Shown: in pieces, positions 59,782-64,000 of the stretch | How positions within the stretch are numbered: the first letter of the stretch is position 1 | How the letters are laid out: every line of letters begins with the position of its first letter | DNA from: Gemmatimonadales bacterium | GTDB lineage: Bacteria; Gemmatimonadota; Gemmatimonadetes; Gemmatimonadales; GWC2-71-9 | DNA length: 64,000 bases | NCBI GenBank assembly: GCA_036558345.1 | Contig: DATBFV010000157.1 | Location: forward strand, 321-64,320 | Direction of reading: 5' to 3' | Notes under the pieces: generated by a model | What the model was told of the DNA's origin: nothing | The model's database searches: none | What the model saw: the letters and a program-made list of their open reading frames with translations, nothing else | Program-made: the position numbers and the translations under genes

Positions 59782-60654
59782 TCATCTGTCTGGATCGAGC
59801 ATATCCTCAAATCGCATCCAGCGGCGATAGAAGTACAAGTCAACAAATCCTGTCGGGCCGTTTCGGTTCTTTGCGACAATCAACTCGGTTGCCCCATCCA
59901 CGCCGCCGCCCGGGTTGTACATCTCCTCGCGAAAGATCGATAGGATCACGTCGGCATGTTGCTTCGGTGCGCCCATCACGCCGTAATCGTCGAGCGTGGG
60001 CCGCTTCGCGTCGCGCCCCGTTTGAAAGTCCGGAAGCTGAGCGACCACCAGCAGGGCCACCTCACGCTCGAGCGCCAGCGCCTTCAGGTGGCGCAGCACC
60101 AGCGCGGTGTCCTCGTCCTGCGTGGTGCGTGCCTTGGGCGGCGGGACGAGCTGCAGGTAATCGACGACGACCAGCCCCACCTGGCGCAGCGCGTCGAGGC
60201 GTTCGAATGCCGTCTCGAAGTCTTCCCCGGAGAGCGGCAGGAGCGACAGCGGCAGACCACGCAGACGCACGGCGGCGGCGCCGATACCGGCTCGCGTCTG
60301 ATCGCTCAGCTTGGCGGAGCGGATCTCGTCAACGGCCACTCGGCCCTCGATCGACAGCGCGCGCTCCATGAGGCGCTCTTCATTCATTTCACCGGACAGG
60401 TATGCCACGCCGAGCGTCTGCTGTGCTACGCGCAGCGCGATACCGAGGGCGAGCGCCGACTTGCCGCTGCCGATGTCGCCACCCAGCAGAATCAGATCGC
60501 GCCTGCGGAATCCACCGCCGAGCAGCTTGTCGAGCGAGCCAAAGCCGGTGGGGATCGTGTCGCCCGTGACTTCGCCGGGACGCTGCGCGTCGACACGCTC
60601 GACCAGGTTGTCGAGCGATGCACGTTTTTCGAAGCGGCGAGCGGGTGATGGCAT
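59782..60654 (-). CDS. DnaB-helicase C-terminal-domain (RecA-like ATPase) protein lacking the DnaB N-terminal domain
   Basis: Aligns by eye along its whole length with the E. coli DnaB C-domain: TGFGSLDKLL, GDIGSGKSALAL (Walker A), VVVDYLQLV (Walker B), AQL...KRPTLDDY, HADVILSIFREEMY and AKNRNGPTG. Confidence 0.75.
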   Translation of the reverse strand: MPSPARRFEKRASLDNLVERVDAQRPGEVTGDTIPTGFGSLDKLLGGGFRRRDLILLGGDIGSGKSALALGIALRVAQQTLGVAYLSGEMNEERLMERALSIEGRVAVDEIRSAKLSDQTRAGIGAAAVRLRGLPLSLLPLSGEDFETAFERLDALRQVGLVVVDYLQLVPPPKARTTQDEDTALVLRHLKALALEREVALLVVAQLPDFQTGRDAKRPTLDDYGVMGAPKQHADVILSIFREEMYNPGGGVDGATELIVAKNRNGPTGFVDLYFYRRWMRFEDMLDPDR

Positions 60655-60657
60655 GGT

Positions 60658-61026
60658 CTATAGATGCAATTTCGCTTCGCGGGCGGCAACACTGACGGCG
60701 TCCCCCGCCTCTGCGCCGAGGACTTCGCGCGCCGGTGCGGTGAGTTGGCTGAGCACCAGAGCGGCGGCGCCAGGGGTGGCGCTCTCGAGGTGCTGGCGGG
60801 CGGCGGCCAGGGCCCGCTTCAGCGGCGCGGGCAGCGCCAGGCTCCCGAGCCGGCTTTCCAGCGCCTGGAGGCGGCGGCGATGGTTTTTCGCGCTCACCGG
60901 CGCGGGCGGCAGCAGCGCTTCGGCCGCCCGAACCACCAACCATAGCGCGAACAAACCTTCGCGCTCGGGCCCGCGCGCCGAGCCGGCCATGAGCGTCACG
61001 AGGCGATCTTCGGCCGACGTTGTCAT
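60658..61026 (-). CDS. hypothetical alpha-helical protein (122 aa)
   Basis: The ATG overlaps the GT9 gene stop (ATGA at 61023-61026). High third-position GC. Its stop lies 3 nt before the DnaB-like ATG. No motif recognised. Confidence 0.45.
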   Translation of the reverse strand: MTTSAEDRLVTLMAGSARGPEREGLFALWLVVRAAEALLPPAPVSAKNHRRRLQALESRLGSLALPAPLKRALAAARQHLESATPGAAALVLSQLTAPAREVLGAEAGDAVSVAAREAKLHL

Positions 61027-62012
61027 GCGACGAGGCGTTGCACGGCCGCGGCTACCTCGTCCGGAAGAATCTCCGCGAGACAGCGATGATGGCCGAGCGG
61101 GCACCGCGCCGTTCCCATCGCGGAACAGGGTCGGCAGTCCATGTCGCGCTCCAGTACCGTCGCGCGCGTGGTGTACGGAAAGAAGCCGAACGGCTCGACG
61201 GTGGGACCGAACAGCGCAACCACGCGCGTGCCGACCGCGGTTGCCATGTGCATCACACCGGTATCGCCCGAAACGACGACCGCCGCGCGCGCCAGGCATG
61301 CGCCCGTTTCCTGCAGCGTCAATTCGCCCGCGACGTTGACGACAGCTGCGCCGAGCATCCTGGCGAGCTCGCGATCCGCCGGCCCACCCACCGCGACGAC
61401 GCTGTACCCGAGCTGCCGCAGATGCGCCGCGAGCGCCTGCCAATGCTCGATGGGCCAGCGTTTGGTGGCATGCGCAGCTCCGGGTGCGATGACGGCGATC
61501 GGCTCGTCGTCGATCCCGACCTCGGCGAGCCAGTACTTCATGTGCGCGCGCGCGGCGGGCGCGAGAAAGAATTCGGGCGGACCGCCGTCGGGCGTGACGT
61601 CGAGCGCGCGTGCCGCTTCGAAGTAGCGCTCGGCGACGGGCACGTGGCGTCCGTAGGCATTGATCTTCGTCGCGATCAGCGTGGTCCTGGCCAGCTTGCG
61701 CTTGGAGTAGCCCGACCAGCGGCACGGGACGAGCCAGCGCAACGCCAGGCTCCGCAGGCTGCCGTGCAGGTCCAGGCCATGCGTGGCGCCTAGCGCCCGC
61801 AGCCGGCGCGCGAGGTCGGTGAGGCGCTCCTTCGGGTCGAGCTCGATGACGCGCGTCAGGTGCGGGTTCTCCACGACCAGCGGCGCCATGGCGCGCTTGG
61901 TGACGTAATACAGCTCGGCGTCGGGATGACGCCGGTGTAACGCGCGCACGAGAGGAGTGGTGAGGAGGACGTCGCCGATCGAGCTGAAGCGGACGCAGAG
62001 GATGCGCAACAC
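61023..62012 (-). CDS. glycosyltransferase family 9 (LPS heptosyltransferase-like)
   Basis: RILCVRFSSIGDVLLTTPLVRAL N-terminus and C-terminal VVSGDTGVMHMATAVGT. Start is GTG 62012 or TTG 62009. The upstream part of ORF 61023..62660 is antisense shadow of the next gene. Confidence 0.8.
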   Translation of the reverse strand: MLRILCVRFSSIGDVLLTTPLVRALHRRHPDAELYYVTKRAMAPLVVENPHLTRVIELDPKERLTDLARRLRALGATHGLDLHGSLRSLALRWLVPCRWSGYSKRKLARTTLIATKINAYGRHVPVAERYFEAARALDVTPDGGPPEFFLAPAARAHMKYWLAEVGIDDEPIAVIAPGAAHATKRWPIEHWQALAAHLRQLGYSVVAVGGPADRELARMLGAAVVNVAGELTLQETGACLARAAVVVSGDTGVMHMATAVGTRVVALFGPTVEPFGFFPYTTRATVLERDMDCRPCSAMGTARCPLGHHRCLAEILPDEVAAAVQRLVA

Positions 62013-62013
62013 G

Positions 62014-62037
62014 CGGGCAATGTAGTCGCGTTGCCCG
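62014..62037. repeat. 7-bp inverted repeat CGGGCAA-N10-TTGCCCG in the GT9 / PorX-like divergent intergenic region
   Basis: Read directly from the sequence. Function unknown. Confidence 0.4.
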
Positions 62038-62066
62038 GCTTCGCCAGCGGGACTAGCTTGTCTCGC

Positions 62067-63638
62067 ATGCCGCGACCGAAGAGTATTCTCTGGGTCGACG
62101 ACGAAGTCGACGGTCTCGCCGCGCACCGGCGCTTTCTCGAGCAGCAGGGATTTGCCGTGACGCAGGCGGCGCACGGCGATGACGCGCTGGCCATGTTGCG
62201 CCGGCAGCCCTACAGCGTGGTGCTGCTCGATCAGCAGATGCCGGGTCGCCGCGGCATCGAGCTGATTCCCGAAATCCGCGCGATCGATCCCGCGATGGCC
62301 GTCGTCATGGTGACGCAGAGCGAAGACGACAGCTTGATGCGCGACGCCATCGGCATCGAGATCGACGATTACCTCGTGAAGCCCGTGCACCCGCGCCAGG
62401 TCCTGTCCGTCGTCACGCGGCTGCTCGAAGGCGATCGCATTCGACAGCAGCGCCTGGCCCGCGACTTCGTGACGCGCTTCCGCGAGCTCGAGGGGCGGCG
62501 CGGCGCCTCGCTCGCGTGGCGCGAATGGAGCGAGCTGGTTGCCGAGCTGGCGCGCTGGGAAGTGAAGCTTGCCGCGGCCGACGAGCCGGGGCTGCAGGAG
62601 GCGCTGCGCACGTTGCAGGAGAGCCTGCGCAAGGATTTTCAGGGCTTCATCACGAAGCACTATCCGCGCTGGCTCGCCGATCCGGAGCGCGACCGCCCGC
62701 CGCTCTCCGTGGACGTCGGCGCCGAGTTTCTCGTGCCTGCCTTGCAGCGCACTGGGCGCGTCGTCTTCATCCTGATCGACTGCCTACGGCTCGATCAGTG
62801 GGAGGTGCTGCGCGACCTGATCACGCCGCTGTTCGACGTCGAAGAGTCGCACTACTACAGCATTTTGCCGACCGCGACGCCGTTCTCGCGTAACGCGATC
62901 TTCAGCGGCCTGTTCCCCATGGAGATTGCGGCGCGGCATCCGGAGTGGTGGGGCTCGCCCACCGATGAAGAAAGTCTCAATGCCCACGAGTCCGAGCTGC
63001 TCTCCGAGCAGCTCCTGGAGCTGGTGGGCGAGCCGGTTCCGGTGCGTTACGAAAAGTTGTTCACTGCCGCCGATGGTGCCGATCTGCTGCGGCGCCTTCC
63101 CGCGCATTTGGCGCAACCCGGTGTCACGGCCCTGGTTTTCAACTTCATCGACCAGCTCACGCACGGGCGCTCCGAAAACGCGATCCTCTACGAAGTCGCG
63201 CGCGATGCCGACGCGCTGCGCGGCCTGACGCGCACGTGGTTCGAGCGCTCGCCCGTGCTCGCTGCGCTCGAAGAGGCCGAGCGCCGCAACGTGCCGGTGC
63301 TGCTGACGACCGACCACGGCTCGATCCATTGCGACACGCCGGCGACCGTGTTCGCCAAGCGCGATGCGACCGCCAACCTGCGTTACAAGTTCGGCGAAGA
63401 CCTGCGCGCCGAGGATCCGGAAGCGGCGATCATGGTCGAGGACCTGAAGTCGTACGGCCTGCCGGCCAAGGGGCTCGGCGTGCGACTCCTGCTCGCGACC
63501 GGCGACCGGTTCTTTGTGTATCCGACGAAGCTGCGCGAGTACCAGGCCCGCTATCGCGGCGCCTTCCTGCACGGCGGCGCGACGCCGGAGGAGATGATCC
63601 TGCCGGTCGCGCTGCTCACGCCGCGCCGGTCCCGCTGA
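62067..63638 (+). CDS. PorX-like response regulator (receiver + PglZ / alkaline-phosphatase-superfamily domain)
   Basis: ATG at 62067. Receiver ILWVDDE...VLLDQQMPGRRG...DDYLVKP. PglZ part VVFILIDCLRLDQW...LPTATPFSRNAIFSGLFP. Confidence 0.75.
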   Translation: MPRPKSILWVDDEVDGLAAHRRFLEQQGFAVTQAAHGDDALAMLRRQPYSVVLLDQQMPGRRGIELIPEIRAIDPAMAVVMVTQSEDDSLMRDAIGIEIDDYLVKPVHPRQVLSVVTRLLEGDRIRQQRLARDFVTRFRELEGRRGASLAWREWSELVAELARWEVKLAAADEPGLQEALRTLQESLRKDFQGFITKHYPRWLADPERDRPPLSVDVGAEFLVPALQRTGRVVFILIDCLRLDQWEVLRDLITPLFDVEESHYYSILPTATPFSRNAIFSGLFPMEIAARHPEWWGSPTDEESLNAHESELLSEQLLELVGEPVPVRYEKLFTAADGADLLRRLPAHLAQPGVTALVFNFIDQLTHGRSENAILYEVARDADALRGLTRTWFERSPVLAALEEAERRNVPVLLTTDHGSIHCDTPATVFAKRDATANLRYKFGEDLRAEDPEAAIMVEDLKSYGLPAKGLGVRLLLATGDRFFVYPTKLREYQARYRGAFLHGGATPEEMILPVALLTPRRSR

Positions 63639-64000
63639 TGGACCCGATAGTCCCCGTCAAACGCGGCAGCACACGGCTGCTGTCGCTGCTGCGACCGTAC
63701 AAGCTGTTGTTCGCGGGCACCATCACGGCGACGGTGATCTCCTCGGTGTTGGACGGCTTCACCTTCGTGCTGCTGATCCCGTTCTTGCGCACGCTGTTCG
63801 GCGACAGTGCGCTGCCCGCCGAAGGGGGGTCCAAGGTCGAGGCGGTGCTCGACAAGATCGCGGGACCGTTTCTGCGGGCCGGCACACCCGAGATCGCGCT
63901 TCGCAACGTCGTCATCGTCCTGCTCGTCGCGCTCCTGCTCAAGAATCTGACACAGTACTTGTCCGCGCTGGGCCAAGTGTCGATTCAAGAGGGCGTCGTG
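63638..64000 (+). CDS. ABC exporter, fused permease/ATPase type (MsbA-like), 5' part only
   Basis: The ATG overlaps the upstream TGA by 1 nt. Open to the window edge. Has N-terminal TMD pattern RLLSLLRPYKLLFAGTITATVISSVLDGFTFVLLIPFL. Confidence 0.6.
   Translation, partial: MDPIVPVKRGSTRLLSLLRPYKLLFAGTITATVISSVLDGFTFVLLIPFLRTLFGDSALPAEGGSKVEAVLDKIAGPFLRAGTPEIALRNVVIVLLVALLLKNLTQYLSALGQVSIQEGVV

Noticed and set aside
62067-63638. PglZ domain as a sign of a BREX / Pgl phage-defence system.
   Set aside because: The PglZ domain is fused to a receiver domain (PorX architecture), and no other BREX components (PglX methylase, BrxC ATPase, BrxL and so on) are nearby. The neighbours are LPS genes.

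Overview
High-GC, very gene-dense bacterial chromosomal window. I count about 65 protein-coding genes and recognise no rRNA, tRNA, CRISPR array, transposase, integrase or prophage gene.

Content is mostly core metabolism and housekeeping:
- Central and cofactor metabolism: PEP carboxylase, glycolate oxidase glcDEF, aroB, thiESG, rpe, acpS.
- Translation and tRNA modification: def, fmt, rsmB, tsaD, tgt, queA.
- Recombination and transcription: yebC, ruvCAB, a short primary-like sigma-70.
- Envelope: lgt, yajC, TamA/TamB, PBP4, a GT9 heptosyltransferase, an MsbA-like exporter (partial at the right edge).
- Regulators: an NtrC-type regulator, a CheY-like regulator and a PorX-like receiver-PglZ regulator.

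The short sigma factor, the PorX-like regulator and a T9SS-like C-terminal domain on an M14 peptidase suggest an FCB-group or Gemmatimonadota-like organism. That is an inference, not verified.

Genes sit in very long co-directional arrays joined by ATGA, GTGA or TGATG stop-start overlaps.

I found no obvious defence island or mobile element. The observations most worth follow-up are:
1. Three conserved genes (cytidylate-kinase-like, ppc, rsmB) whose homology-defined N-termini reach the upstream stop codon with only near-cognate codons available (GTAA, CTGA, ATTAG junctions).
2. An N-terminally truncated DnaB-like ATPase plus a small helical protein placed before yebC-ruvC-ruvA-(zinc-ribbon ORF)-ruvB.
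3. TamA-TamB abutted to a DAG-kinase-family lipid kinase and an NtrC-type regulator with a degenerate GAFTGA loop.
4. Two divergent small Cys-rich ORFs between two orphan response regulators.
5. A kinase-less PASTA protein in the PrkC position of the def-fmt-rsmB-rpe synteny.
6. A strong G-quadruplex / 9-bp repeat inside an alpha/beta-hydrolase gene.

Start coordinates are best estimates from reading frames and junction logic. Product calls rest on motif recognition by eye, not on database searches.
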